A stretch of DNA of 63,974 nt, the filler included, from Octopus bimaculoides (taxonomy: Eukaryota): the NCBI RefSeq assembly GCF_001194135.2. It is 5 parts of 5 records of this genome, joined end to end, with 100 filler letters (N's around TTAATTAATTAA, not from the genome) between each part and the next. Parts side by side here need not be neighbours in the genome. Positions count along the whole stretch, not along the records: positions 1 to 27,353 come from NC_068982.1; 4 more parts are not named here. One strand, written 5' to 3'. Position 1 is the stretch's first letter, and each line of letters starts with the position of its first letter. The notes beneath the pieces are model-generated. The model was not told where the DNA came from. It made no database searches and saw nothing but the letters and a program-made list of their open reading frames with translations. The translations under genes were made by a program, and so were the position numbers. Positions 12,921 through 25,528 of this stretch are shown piece after piece.

Positions 12921-13269
12921 TCATCTCTAAATATATAATTATGTACTATACACTGCACATACTCTGCATAATTATCACCCAATAAAACTGCATAACAACT
13001 GCTCTTACATAATCAGTTGTCAACAGTACGAGGCTTTACATGTACCACCCACAACTCACACAGCTCTTATATTACACAAATGTCACCCTATAATATTACA
13101 CAACCCACACAGAACATACTTTATGGCAGCGGTTCCTAACCATCAGGCCACAGACCAACACTGAGCTGCGGATAATTTACTATCAGGCCACACAGAGAGA
13201 ATGAATTATTTAATTTTATTACTATTTCATTAACTATCACAGTTGGAAGGATGTTTCTGCATTGTATAT

Positions 13270-13722
13270 TCTTTTATTCTTCCACTCGTTTCAGTCATTT
13301 GACTGTGGCCATGCTGGAGCACCATCTTGAAGGGTTTTAGTCGGGGACTTATATTCTTTTAAGTCTAATACTTATTCTATCTCTCTTTCTTGCTGAACCG
13401 CTGATTTATGGGGATGTAAACACACCAACACCAGTTGTCAAGCAGTGGTGGGGGGACTAACACAGACACAAAGGTATTTACACATAAATATATACATAAA
13501 TATATACATACACACACACATATTGTATTTGTTGCTCCATTCTCCACATAAATATAATTATAAACTACGGTTTAAACAGTAAATTACCTGCTTCTGGATG
13601 CCCTCTAACCAAGACGGTACCCGCACAGGTGATTCCCAGGAGTGCCTCCGGATTTAAACATCCCCTGGTTGCTTGGATGCTTCAGACTACCCCTGAAGGA
13701 TTGAGGCAAGCCTATCATTTAC

Positions 13723-13753
<31 letters not shown>

Positions 13754-13919
13754 CTTGACAGGTTTCTTTTAGTTTCTGGCTACCAAATCTTCTCACAAGG
13801 CTTTGGTTGGCCCAAGTCTATAATAAAAGACACTTGCCTAAGGTGCCATGCAGTGGGACTGAACCTAGAACCATGTGGTTGAGAAGCAAGCTTCTTACCT
13901 CACAACCACACCTGCGCCT
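13270..13919 (-). mobile_element. Family A SINE split by a ~200 bp insert
   Basis: 3' half at 13270-13520 and 5' half at 13760-13919, same orientation, separated inside the central microsatellite. Confidence 0.75.
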
Positions 13920-14370
13920 ATGTATTATATGTGTAATATTTATGTGATTGTGTGATCACATGATCAACCAGACTATTGGATGTCATTGTACATCACTGGT
14001 CACAATCATTTTAGCTTTCAAATGATGCCACCCTGCTGGTTAGGGGATTAGGCCAACATTCCCCTCATTCAGAAGGCTAGTCTTTCATAGGATTACCTAT
14101 TTACAATTGTTTGAACTGGAGCTACATGAAATAAGCACAAGAAACAACTTGCAGCCAGTCTCAGAATTGAGACCACGATACTACAATTGTGAGTGCAACC
14201 TGCTACCCAGTAGGCCATGTACCATCATATTTTACATATTTATATGTAATATATATCTAATTATATTATGTAATATAGCTAATTATATTATGTATTATGT
14301 AATATTATCTAATTATATTATATATTATGTAATATTATCTAATTATATTATGTATTGTGTAATACTATCT

Positions 14371-14765
14371 GTGGTAAGTAGCTTGCTTACCAACCACATG
14401 GTTCCAGGTTCAGTCCCACTGTGTGGCATCTTGGGCAAGTGTCTTCTGCTATAGCCTCGAGCTGACCAAAGCCTTGTGAGTGGATTTGGTAAACAGAAAC
14501 TGAAAGAAGCCCGTTGTATATATGTATATATATGTATGTGTGTGTGTATATGTTTGTGTATCTGTGTTTGTCCCCACCAACATCGTTTGACAACCGATGC
14601 TGGTGTGTTTATGTCCCTGTAACTTAGCGGTTCGGCAAAAAGAGACCGATAGAATAAGTACTAGGCTTACAAATAATAAGTCCTGGGGTCGATTTGCTCG
14701 ACTAAAGGCGGTGCTCCAGCATGGCCACAGTCAAATGACTGAAACAAGTAAAAGAGTAAAAGAGT
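14371..14765 (+). mobile_element. Family A SINE, 5'-clipped
   Basis: Starts at gtggtaagtagc and ends at aaaagagt; collinear with the 16071 copy. Confidence 0.9.
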
Positions 14766-15342
14766 ATATATTTATATGTAATATATATCTAATTATATTG
14801 TGTATTATGTAATAATTAAATTATATGTTATGCACTTTATTATGTTTTGTTATGCACATGATCCCTGGTCTGGGAAAAATTTGTCTTTCATGAAATGGGT
14901 GTGTGATGCAAATATGGTTGGGAGTCACTATTCAATGGGGTTCATCCTTGGACATTATAACACATAACACAAACAACACAGATGAAATAAAAAAATAACA
15001 CCTAACAAAATAAGACAACTGGCATTGCATGTACTCTTCACAATAGATGGAACATTAAAATATAACCAGAAAGAACAAAACAGATCCCAACAACAGTAAA
15101 ATTGATGTAAAATACAAGTGCAATTGTACAGTTTTAGTCTGAGGTTATTAAAACCTCAGAGAAAAGAAAACTATTATCAAACTTGTACCAAGCCATTCCC
15201 ACAAATGAGTGATGTTTTTCTAATGCATGAAATCATCATCATCATCATCACCGTCGTCGTCGTCGTCATTATTACATCATCGCCACTACCATCACCACCA
15301 TCATCAGCACCCTATCATCGTCTTCAGAATTATTATTATCAT

Positions 15343-15365
15343 TCTTCTTCTTCTTCTTCTTCTTC

Positions 15366-15421
<56 letters not shown>
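15343..15421. repeat. (TTC)n-(TTA)n compound microsatellite
   Basis: Direct reading. Confidence 0.95.
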
Positions 15422-16070
15422 GATCCCCAAAGTATAAACACATTTTGTGTTTGGTGGGGAGGCACTCTGAAGCCTGACCATATATCAGGCATTACCAAAA
15501 TGTAAATTTCATTGGAATACTTGCCAAAATGGATTTTAATTACCTGAGGACAACCAGCTCCAATACCTGGGATTAGACAAACAACAAAGAAAAATACGTA
15601 TAAAAAGTCTACAGTTTGTTTTTACAGATTTTATTCTATTTGCTTAGTTTGACACATTTCACATTCAAGCTGTCTGACAGATACATCCACTGTACAAGTC
15701 AAAATATTACAACAGCAAACAAATTTTTCATATAGTAATTGCTTTACAGTTAATTATGTCTTTTGTTGTAATCCAAACACAATTTTTACAGTAAGCACAA
15801 GTCCTATAAAAAACATTAGGTGATAGAATTTTATAGAATCACAGTGTCTCATTGTTACAGGATCTAATCCAAAAGGGAGAGAACAAAAAAATATGCATCT
15901 CTGTCTTAAAAAGTAGAGAGAATTGCCATCAAAGCAGCAACTGGAATAAGTACAGCAAGAAATTTTGAGAGAAATTCTCTCAATTCAAAGTGGAAAAAGC
16001 CACGATACTGTCTGCTCCACTTCTGAGAATAAAGTCTCAACCAAAACATCTGCCGAAATTGTTAGATAGT

Positions 16071-16514
16071 AGGCGTAGGAGTGGCTGTGTGATAAGTAGC
16101 TTGTTTATGAACCACATGGTTCCGGGTTCAGTCCCACTGCATGGCACCTTGGGCAAGTGTCTTCTACCATAGCCTCAGGCCGACCAAAGCCTTGTGAGTG
16201 GATTTGGTAGACGGAAACTGAAAGAAGCCCGTCGTATATATGTGTATATATATATGTGTGTGTGTGTATGTGTGTCTCTGTGTATGTGTGTGTGCGTGTG
16301 TGTGTTTGTATGTCTGTGTTTGTCCCCCAACATTACTTGACAACCGATGCTGGTGTGTTTACGTCCCCGTAACTTAGCGGTTCGGCAAAAGGGACCGATA
16401 GAATAAGTACTAGGCTTACAAAGAATAAGTCCTGGAGTCGATTTGCTCGACTAAACGCGGTGCTCCAGCATGGCCGCAGTCAAATGACTGAAACAAGTAA
16501 AAGAGTAAAAGAGT
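16071..16514 (+). mobile_element. Family A tRNA-derived SINE, full length
   Basis: A-box-like ggctgtgtg and B-box-like gggttcagtccc, then ccttgggcaagtg (CORE-like), a central (TA/TG)n and the tail gtaaaagagtaaaagagt. tRNA-derived octopus SINEs (OK/OR1/OR2) are established; exact family not assigned. Confidence 0.9.
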
Positions 16515-16991
16515 ACACCCCTTCCTATATACTTGTGCTACACTATATGATGTAAAGAAATACAGAAGTGACAATAAAAAATTATATGAATCCATGGCTG
16601 ATCATCACTTTTGTATCTTAGTGTGAGTGGGAGAGTGGTTAAAGAAGAGCTGAGAGGAAACATGGAAAAACAGAAAGATCCAAATGGATTTGCAAGTCTT
16701 CACCTCCCCTGAAGACTATGGGCCATACGGGGGTTGTGCATAGTTAAACACACTGAGACAAAAGGCATGAGATTGATGATGCAGGGTAAAAAGTTTAGTT
16801 GCTACATGTATTGTAATAAGAACCACTTTAGAGTCATTTGTTCTGGAGAATTAGAAATCTTACAAAAAAGCAGCAGAGACCATCAAGGCAGCAACAAAAG
16901 CAGAAGAATTCAGCTCTGATTAGAAACAAGTGAGAAGATACTCAGTCCCCTAATGATAGTAACCAGTAGTATCACTCTATTATTATATCAT

Positions 16992-17400
16992 AGGCATAGG
17001 AGTGGCTATGTGGTAAGTAGCTTGCTTATAAACCACATGGTTTTGGCTTCAGTCCCACTGCGTGGTACCTTGGGCAAATGTCTTCAACTATAGCCTCGGG
17101 CCAACCAAAGCCTTGTGAGTGGATTTGGTAGACAGAAACTGAAAGAAGCCCATCGTATATATGTGTATATATATGTGTGTGTGTGTATGTTTGTGTGTCT
17201 GTGTTTGTCACCCAAACATCGCTTGACAACCGATGCTAGTGTGTTTACGTCCCCGTAACTTAGCGGTTCGGCAAAAGAGACCAATAGAATAAGTACTAGG
17301 CTTACAAAGAATAAGTCCTGGGGTCGATTTGCTTGACTAAAGGTGGTGCTCCAACATGGCCACAGTCAAATGACTGAAACAAGTAAAAGAGTAAAAGAGT
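16992..17400 (+). mobile_element. Family A SINE, full length
   Basis: Collinear with 16071-16514. Confidence 0.9.
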
Positions 17401-18368
17401 GAAAATATGATAGTTGAAGAGGGAAATATTCAAACTGTGGGAGAAAATACAAAAATGGAAAAGAAATGGTAAGCATGGAAACAAAAAGGAGAAGAAAAAC
17501 AACTGAAATGGTCGAGGAGAATCAACTTCCTCAAGACAACAGAGTAATGATAAAAATGATGAAGGGGAAGAAGTAGGACTGAGATTCACCATGCTTAAAA
17601 GCTCAAACTGACAGCTAATAAACAAAAAAATACACAAATGTGATACCATGCATATTCTGCAGATGTAAAAACACAGAGGCACAGTTGGGATTGGAGTATA
17701 GGAGACACAGACATTTCAAAAGACATTACAAAATACAGAAAACATGGGCTGTTATTTACTCCCTACAACTCAAAAATGTTTAACTGACATATTATTATTA
17801 TTATTATTATTATTTGTGCTGAATTAGATATGGATATGTTCGTAAATCAGTTTTCAAAAAAATTATTAAAATTACATGCTAAACAGAACAGATTTTCGTG
17901 TAGACTTTGTTCATAAAGACATAAGGTTCTTATATCTAGTATCCATTTCCATATTTGAAAAATATGACTATAATTCAACAAGAAACAAGCTTTCTTTTTT
18001 CTTTTTTTTCTTTTTTTCTTTTTTTATTTTGGTGCTTAGGCATTTAAAATATGGCAACTCAAGTTAGGTATGTCTCCAAATTTTCAAGAGGAAAGAAGAA
18101 AAGAGAAAAAAATATATTAACAACTACAGACATTTATATTTTATAAAATACAAAGAAAGAAATACAATTTTCATGGGCAAAAACATCTTTTAACACAAAT
18201 GTTTACAGTATGACACACACAGAAGGAGTGTTGGACTAAGATTTAATGGAGAAAGTAACAACAAGCCATTTGCTTATGTTGCTGGCGATAAGAAAATTTT
18301 AAATATGATTCTAATTAACAGAGTAAAGTAAAGCATTAAACAAATACACAACCAAAACAAGTGCATCT

Positions 18369-18850
18369 GCACTCAAAACTTTTATCCAAGAACTAGAGGA
18401 AGCAAGCAACTTCATCTTCCTTATAATCAAGGGAAGGGAGTTTCAAATGCCCTCAAAAGAAAATTTGATGGCAGCACTGGACAGTGTTTGAGAATATGTG
18501 GGAAAAACATATTATAATGTCTGTCTAGTTTTCAAAATTGAGGGTGAGGTAAAGTTACAAACAGAGTTGGTGCACTACAGAACTGATCACAGGCTCATTC
18601 CATACTATATTGGTCATAGAAATAGAAGGAACATCATCAGGAACATAAACAGTGATGTTCATCCTATAGAGGTATGATATGTGTTCCCCTTCATCGGTGT
18701 GGAAGGAAAGGTAGTGAAACAGATTAAGTAAGGCAGAAAAGGCCTAGCTTCCATATATGTGGTAGTAACAGCCATTTAAGAGCTTATTGTCCCCAGGAAC
18801 TGGAAAAGCAAGAAAGAGAGAAGCAGAGCCAGCAACAACAAAAGCACTAA
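18369..18850 (+). pseudogene. Decayed gag-like CCHC zinc-knuckle ORF, copy 2
   Basis: About 120 codons in one frame with 3 stops (ALKTFIQELEEASNFIFLIIKGREFQMPSKENL...LIPYYIGHRNRRNIIRNI...GVEGKVVKQ), then a frameshift to KRPSFHICGSNSHLRAYCPQELEK ([C>F]-x2-C-x4-H-x4-C at 18749-18790). Confidence 0.6.
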
Positions 18851-21489
18851 ATCTCCAAAGTTATTATTCTCAGAAAAAGCATCAGTTGCACCACTGGTTG
18901 TAGTTCAGTAATACCCCTCATTGTCTTGCAACAATAGAGATGAAAGTGAGACTGCAGGGGTGATAGGCTGTCAAAAACAGCTTAGCATCTCAACAGTTGG
19001 GCACAAAGCCACTACCCTCAATATTGCACACTTCCTCAGTCAAGAGGTCTTGTTTTGCAAGTTACTTGGTAACCTCACTAATGCTGGTGCTTCAAGACAA
19101 AACACTAAGTAATCTATAGATATCATACCAAAGCAAATATTGAAGCTGAACACAGTCCTCTGATTCATCAGATCCTGTCAAACCAGCCAACCCATGCCAG
19201 CATGAAACATGTATGTTAACTGATGGCACACATACACATACATATATATGTGCACATAAATATGTGGGTACATGCATACCGTTGTCTGTAACTGCTTGAC
19301 CATGGGATTTGTTAGTTTAAGTTCTTATAATTTGGCAGTCCAGCAAAAAAGAAAGTGATAGGATAAGTACTAGACTTAAAGTAAGGACTAATTGGTGGAC
19401 CAAATCCATCAAAAACAGTGCCCCAGCATGGCAGTAGTCCAATGACTGAAGTATTCGAAAGAATAAAAGACCGTGATCAACATTTTAAAGCTAGTGTGGT
19501 TTACTTTCTTTTAAGTATTTAAAGCTACATTGTCAAATTGCCTTGTTTGTCAATGGGTAACTTGGCTTCATTTATTGGTATAACATCTAAATATTTCACG
19601 CATTTATTGATGTTTGTGATGTTTAAATAACTTTGGAAAAAGCAAAGTTGAGGAAGAATTTTATTTGCTATCAGAGCTTATAAATTACAAGTAAAAATAT
19701 TTGTTTAGGTATAGATCAAATCAATATTAATCCAATCTTGTTCAACTATTCTTTTTAAAGAGAAAACTGCACAAATTTTACTTCAATAACACTAGTAAAA
19801 AATCTTTCCTTTAAGAAATTGTTGTTGATGTGCTTTAGCCAAGGTCAATCCCAATTGATGAGACCTTTGATCAAAGGTATTCAAGCTAGGATCACCCCAA
19901 CCTCCCCACCAGAAACAGTGCACCTAGTAGCACTTCATACAATGGGTCACTCCAATAGAAAGATGGTACAGTGTTGTTTGAGGGAGATTTGGCTGCTATT
20001 TCCAGCAAGTTACATGATCACAATACATTTGTACTTTCATTATTTTCTCCTTTTTTTGTTTCTAGGATGTAGCAGTCCTTTCCTGAATATACTATTCTTT
20101 GGACCTTCTCCATTTATTCTTGTCCAAACCAGTCTTGTACTTCTTATCTCTTCCATATAACATTCTTTTCTCTCTACTCTACTTTCTCAATCCCTAGGAA
20201 TCCATTTTATATAATCTTTTTTATCCATCTATTGTCCCCAATTCTGGCTAAGTGACTTGTCCATCCATGAGAGATTTTGCTTGTTTTTTTTTTTGTTTTT
20301 TTATATTATTGATAACTAGAGAGAAAAGGAAAACTTAAAGTCTATTTAAACTCTTGTATAACAGAGAAAGAAGTAACTGAATATTAACTAATGAAGAGAA
20401 AAAAAACTGTTACCATAACACTATTTACTATGGCACTGGACACGGTAGAAATATTTGGGATAATTAGAAACATAAAAGAAAAAAAATGCCTCGCACTATT
20501 AAAAGAAAAAACAAAAATATTTCCACATTTATCATGCTGACATTTTCAGACTGGCTATCTGGCACTAAAGTCACCTTACAATAAAAATTACTCTTGTCTG
20601 AAGTGATTATTAGACTTTTACGAGGGTTAATCATCTGAAGACATTCAGCTGATAACGCTGTATTTTACAAAAACAAAAAAATTTCACCGTGGTCGTGATA
20701 TTTGGTTAATGATAGCAAAGTCTTGGTTCTCTACCATTAAAATGTAAATATCAGATTGAATTATCCATACTTCTTTCACATCAAATAAATAATATTTTAT
20801 GTTTTTTACAAGTCTTGGCACTCACAGATTTTCAAAATATATTATTAATGAGCTCGTAATTTTCTTCTTTTGACAAAGTCATTAATAATGGTTTTCTTGA
20901 AACAATTTACAGAAAAATCCTCACTGAAAGCCATGGTCTGAAAGATGGCTTTTTATGATGGCAACATTATATATTTTTTTTTTTTTTTTAATGTTCTTCA
21001 ATACTATCTTTGATTGGATGCTTGAATGGTTGTTTTTTCAAATTGATAGCATTGCACAAGTTGTTTGTTTTTTTCTTTCGTCTTTTTTTTTACACATTAT
21101 GACATCTTAACTTACACTGATCAGTCAGCCATGAACTAAATGTGCTTACATAATTTCTGCTTGAGTAATTATTTCTTACCTATGGGCACAATGCAACGCA
21201 GAAGATAATGGATACATATAATAGACAAATATAACTGAAGTGGAACTCGTATAACATTGAGCCAATATTTCATGGACATCAATTTGGTCGAAAACCAAAG
21301 ACAAATTTTATAGGTGGCAAAGGTCAACAGGAGTCAAATTAACTGATAATTAATAATCTGAATTCATAGACGTGTGACAGAGATGATATAAATGATAGAG
21401 TAATACTAGACAGTTCACAGTAGAATATTCATAACCTCGTATTTGTTATTCAAGCAGTATATTTATATACATATATACACATGCTCACA

Positions 21490-21548
<59 letters not shown>

Positions 21549-21599
21549 GTATGTATATGTATGTATGTATATACATATGCATATATAAATACATACATA

Positions 21600-22148
21600 T
21601 CATCATCATCATCATCATCATCATAATCATCGTTTAATGTCCGCTTTCCATGCTAGCATGGGTTGGACGATTTGACTGAGGACTGGTGAACCAGATGGCT
21701 GCACCAGAGTCCAATATCATCTGGCAGAGTTTCTACAGCTGGATGCTCTTTCTAGCGCCAACCACTCAGAGAGTGTAGTGGGTGCTTTTACGTGCCACCA
21801 GCACAAGGGCCAGTCAGGCGGTACTGGCAATGGCCATGCTCAAATGATATTTTTTACGTGTCACCTGCACAGGAACCAGTCCAGCGGCACTAGCAATGAC
21901 ATCGCTCAAATGTCTTTTCCCGTGCCAGGAAGACGACGCTGGTAACGACCATACTCAAATGGTGCTATTTACAGGCCACTAGCATGGAAGCCAAACAGCT
22001 GCTCTGGCAATGATCCTGCTCAGACAGTGCTGTTAGCGCTCCACTGGCACAGGTGCCAGTCATCGTTTTTGGTTCAATTTCGATTTCACTTGCCCCAACA
22101 GGTCTTCGCAAGCAGAGTTTAGTGTCCAATGAAGGAGAGGTTGGCATG
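21600..22148 (-). mobile_element. Family B element with 5' segment
   Basis: (CAT)n tail, core, several ~67 bp sub-repeats, and a 5' segment shared with 26650-26789. Confidence 0.9.
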
Positions 22149-23314
22149 ATTGCCAGTCATCAAATTTGGTTCAATTCTCCTCCTCATCATCATCACCATC
22201 ATGATGCTGGCATGGGTTGAACTGTTTGACAGGAACAGGCTAGTGAGAAAATTACACCAAGCTTTGCTTTCTGTTTTGACATGGTTTCTGTAGCTGGATG
22301 CCTTTCCTAATTCCAACCACATGATTTAGATTTATATGATTTAATATTTTCTCTGCAACTATGTTTAAGAGAGCTTATGTGTTGGTATAGTCTCCTCTTT
22401 GATATGCTTTCTACTTTACTGATGCATGACTAAGTGGTACTCAGTACAGTCACTCATGCACTGGTTATCCAGTATATAGTGATTGACCCAGTGAGATTGC
22501 AGTTCTTCACTTTGGTTGGTTTTCTTTGTATTGTGCTAGAGGGTTTTGTTGTTATGTAATGAAATGAAAAGGGGTTTACATTATTTACATTTGACAAATG
22601 AAAATAATGTAAATAATGTTCATAATGTACATAATTCCTCATCTCTATAGAACTGTACGAAAAGGGGCTGTAGAATATCAGTTAAATCTGATATAATTAA
22701 TGCTCTATCATCTTTAAAACATGAAGGATAGATTTAGTTACATGTTCCTGGATATATTATGTGTTTTATCTTCATGTATTCATAGCAGAAAGGTCTTCTT
22801 TTGATCAAGGGTTTGCTTGATCAAGGCTAACCTAAAGCTAAGCAATGACAACAAATACACTCACAAATAGATTTCGTACGATATTCAATATGTACTTTTA
22901 TGAGGGCTGCAGCATATTTCCTTAACTGCTCATGTTTCACAACTATCTGCAGAGCATCATATTTATTGCGTAAGTCTTATTTATATATAACTTCGTAAAT
23001 ATTTACAGATGGCATTATACGTATTAAATTATCAAAAGCTCAAACACAGACTCTTCAACCACCAGACAAACTGAAAAATATGTTCAGAAGCATTCCATAT
23101 GTTTGTTTCAGAAAAAGAATCAAGATATCAGAAACAGACCTTCCCTAAAATAACGAATAAGGGAATATATTAAACATTACATTATAAGTACTTGAACAAG
23201 TTTTTGAAAAGCTGTTAAATAATGGTCTGTTAAACAAGTACACAAGTTGCATTATGTGTAATGACTATACAATCCTGAAGCATATCTTTCTTCAGAAACA
23301 GAGCGATATTCTTT

Positions 23315-23665
23315 TCTTTTCTACTCTAGTCACAAGGCCTGTAAGTTTTTTTGGGGAGGTGGGGCAGTCAATTAGATCGACTCCAGTATGCAACTGGTAC
23401 TTAATTTATCAACCCGAAAAGGATGAAGGGCAATGTCAACCTCAGTGGAATTTGAACTCAGAACGTAAAGACAGACGAAAGAAATATTTGTTTCTTTATT
23501 GCCCAGGGCAGCTAAACATAGAGGGGACAAACAAGGACAGACAAAGGTATTAAGTCGATTACATTGACCCCAGTGCATAACTGGTGCTTATTTGATCGAC
23601 CCCAAAAGGATGAAACACAAAGTTGACCTTGACAGAATTTGAACTCAGAACGTAACGGCAGATGA
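23315..23665 (-). mobile_element. Two tandem family C SINE fragments
   Basis: gaccc..aaaggatgaa...gaatttgaactcagaacgtaa occurs twice (about 23410-23470 and 23595-23655). Confidence 0.75.
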
Positions 23666-23880
23666 AGAAACAGCGATATTGATGCAAGAAAGGTTATGTG
23701 ATAAGTTCACTTTGCATATAAACTCAAACATGCACTTGTGATTGCATGTTCGATTCTTTTGCAAAGCACCCTGGGTAAGCATCTTCAACCATAGCATATA
23801 TTTCCATAATAGTGACAAGAGGTCGAATGTGGATAGCAAATAGAACTAAGCTCTCTTTAGTCTCTATTACTTTTACATTG

Positions 23881-24250
23881 GAGGTGGTATCAAAAGGCTC
23901 CCGAAATAATTATGTTTAATAAAGAATAACTTAACATCATCTTCTTTGAAATAGTCACCTTGTGCAGCAATACACCAGTTCCAGCATTCCTGCCACTTTT
24001 GGGATCTCATAAGTGAGTCAAAGACCTTCTCGATTCACTCTTGATCTCAACAACGGTGTTAAAATGGCAACTTTTGAGCTGCCTTTTCATCTTGAAGAAG
24101 AGATGGAAGTTTGCAGGTGCTAAATCTGGTGAATGGGGCAAGTGTGGAAGCGATACTATGTTGCTTTTGGTGAGAAACTCATGAGTGAGGAGAGCTTGGT
24201 GACACTTCAGAGATATGGTCACGTTCGCTGAATGTCCTCACTCAAATGCC
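23881..24250 (-). mobile_element. Mariner transposase 3' fragment with TIR remnant
   Basis: Minus strand gives EFLTKSNIVSLPHLPHSPDLAPANFHLFFKMK (HxPYSPDLAPxDF motif) and QKWQECWNWCIAAQGDYFKED; TIR-like gaggtggtatcaaaag at 23881. Confidence 0.85.
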
Positions 24251-24329
24251 TCAAAACATCATTCAAATGCCTCGTTAGTTGTCCTTTGTTAATCCTCACA
24301 CACAAACTGATGAATTTTTTTCCACATTT

Positions 24330-24580
24330 CAACTGGTTGAACACTCCATAAACACGTGTACCCTTAACGTAGTTCTCAGGGAGATTCAGCATGACACAGA
24401 GTGTGACAAGACTGGTTCTCTGAAATACAGGTACTACTCATTTTTGCCAGCTGAGTTGACTGGAGCAACATGAAATAAAGTGTCTTGCTCAAGAACACAA
24501 TGGATCACCAGGAATTGAACTCATGATCTCACAATCTAAAACCAAATACCCAAGCCACTAAGCTACACCAGCTTCGCTAT
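24330..24580 (-). mobile_element. Family D tRNA-headed SINE, degenerate
   Basis: acacgtgtacccttaacgtagttctc..gagattcagc.tgacacagagtgtgacaag shared with 35496-35813; B-box-like gaattgaactc on the reverse strand. Confidence 0.7.
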
Positions 24581-25493
24581 ATGTATATATATGCATATGG
24601 AAAAAGGTGACCAAAAAACATTTTCATGGAAAGAATAGAGAAAACATACAAATGAACACAAACACCCTCTCTATCTCTCATCAGCTGTTGACCAAATGCC
24701 ATTAGATTTTCAATATCTTCTGACAATACTATTCAATTTGGCAGTGACAGCAACATAAGCTGTTGGGATATAGATGAGCAAAGAACAATAAATGAACAAC
24801 TATAGGAAAAAAAAATTGAGGCAAGGGTAGGGACAGAAAGAAATAAGGTCTGTAAATTGAACAGTAAATATAGATGAGTTATGAGTAGAGGAGGAAAACT
24901 ATCATGCAGAGCAGCATATATATACATAGGACAAATTCAAATTAGTGACAAAATTAAGATAAACTGTGCAAAGTAATACTTATAGGAATAATGTACTTGT
25001 GTGTGTGTGTGTGTGTGTGTGCATGCGTTTGTGTGTGTATGTGTGTAAATTCAATATGCGTATGAATTTTTAAGTTTGCTTCAAAAAGCTCATCTGCCGG
25101 TGTTGGCTAACTAATGCTATCATATCACAGTGAGATCAATCATATCACTGAATATACATCTGTAATTCCAAAATAGACATAGAGTTTATACTGAAATATG
25201 AATAACATAAAATGGATTGAGCAACATAGCAACATGCTTTATTGCATAACACTACAATTATTTCAGTGTCGATTCACCAGTAAAAATGTTGCAGAAGCAT
25301 TATACAAAACATAAATTAACACACCTTGTCAGTGCTGGTGCCATGTAAAAAGCACTGGCGATGGTGCCCTGTAAAATGAATGATAAACCTGTACTCTACA
25401 AAATTATAGAGTAACCCATCAGATTTTATGTAAAATTGTTTTTTTTCATAACTGAACAAACATAAAAACAAACATTAATATACGTATACACAA

Positions 25494-25528
<35 letters not shown>

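Larger units (their letters stand above)
15890..17787 (+). pseudogene. Decayed gag-like CCHC zinc-knuckle ORF, copy 1 (probable non-LTR ORF1 relic), interrupted by two SINEs
   Basis: Fragments RELPSKQQLE*VQQEILREILSIQSGKSHDTV, PLPIYL, PWLIITF, SVSGRVVKE, GKKFSCYMYCNKNHFRVICSGELE (C-x2-[C>Y]-x4-H-x4-C at 16800-16841) and a K/E-rich tail ending KYRKHGLLFTPYNSKMFN*; collinear with copy 2. Confidence 0.55.

Noticed and set aside
21171-21210. Second minus-strand AG|GTAAG site
   Set aside because: Weak pyrimidine tract; expected by chance.
24701-24805. GSDSNISCWDID as a WD40 exon
   Set aside because: No credible donor before the stop and no second repeat.
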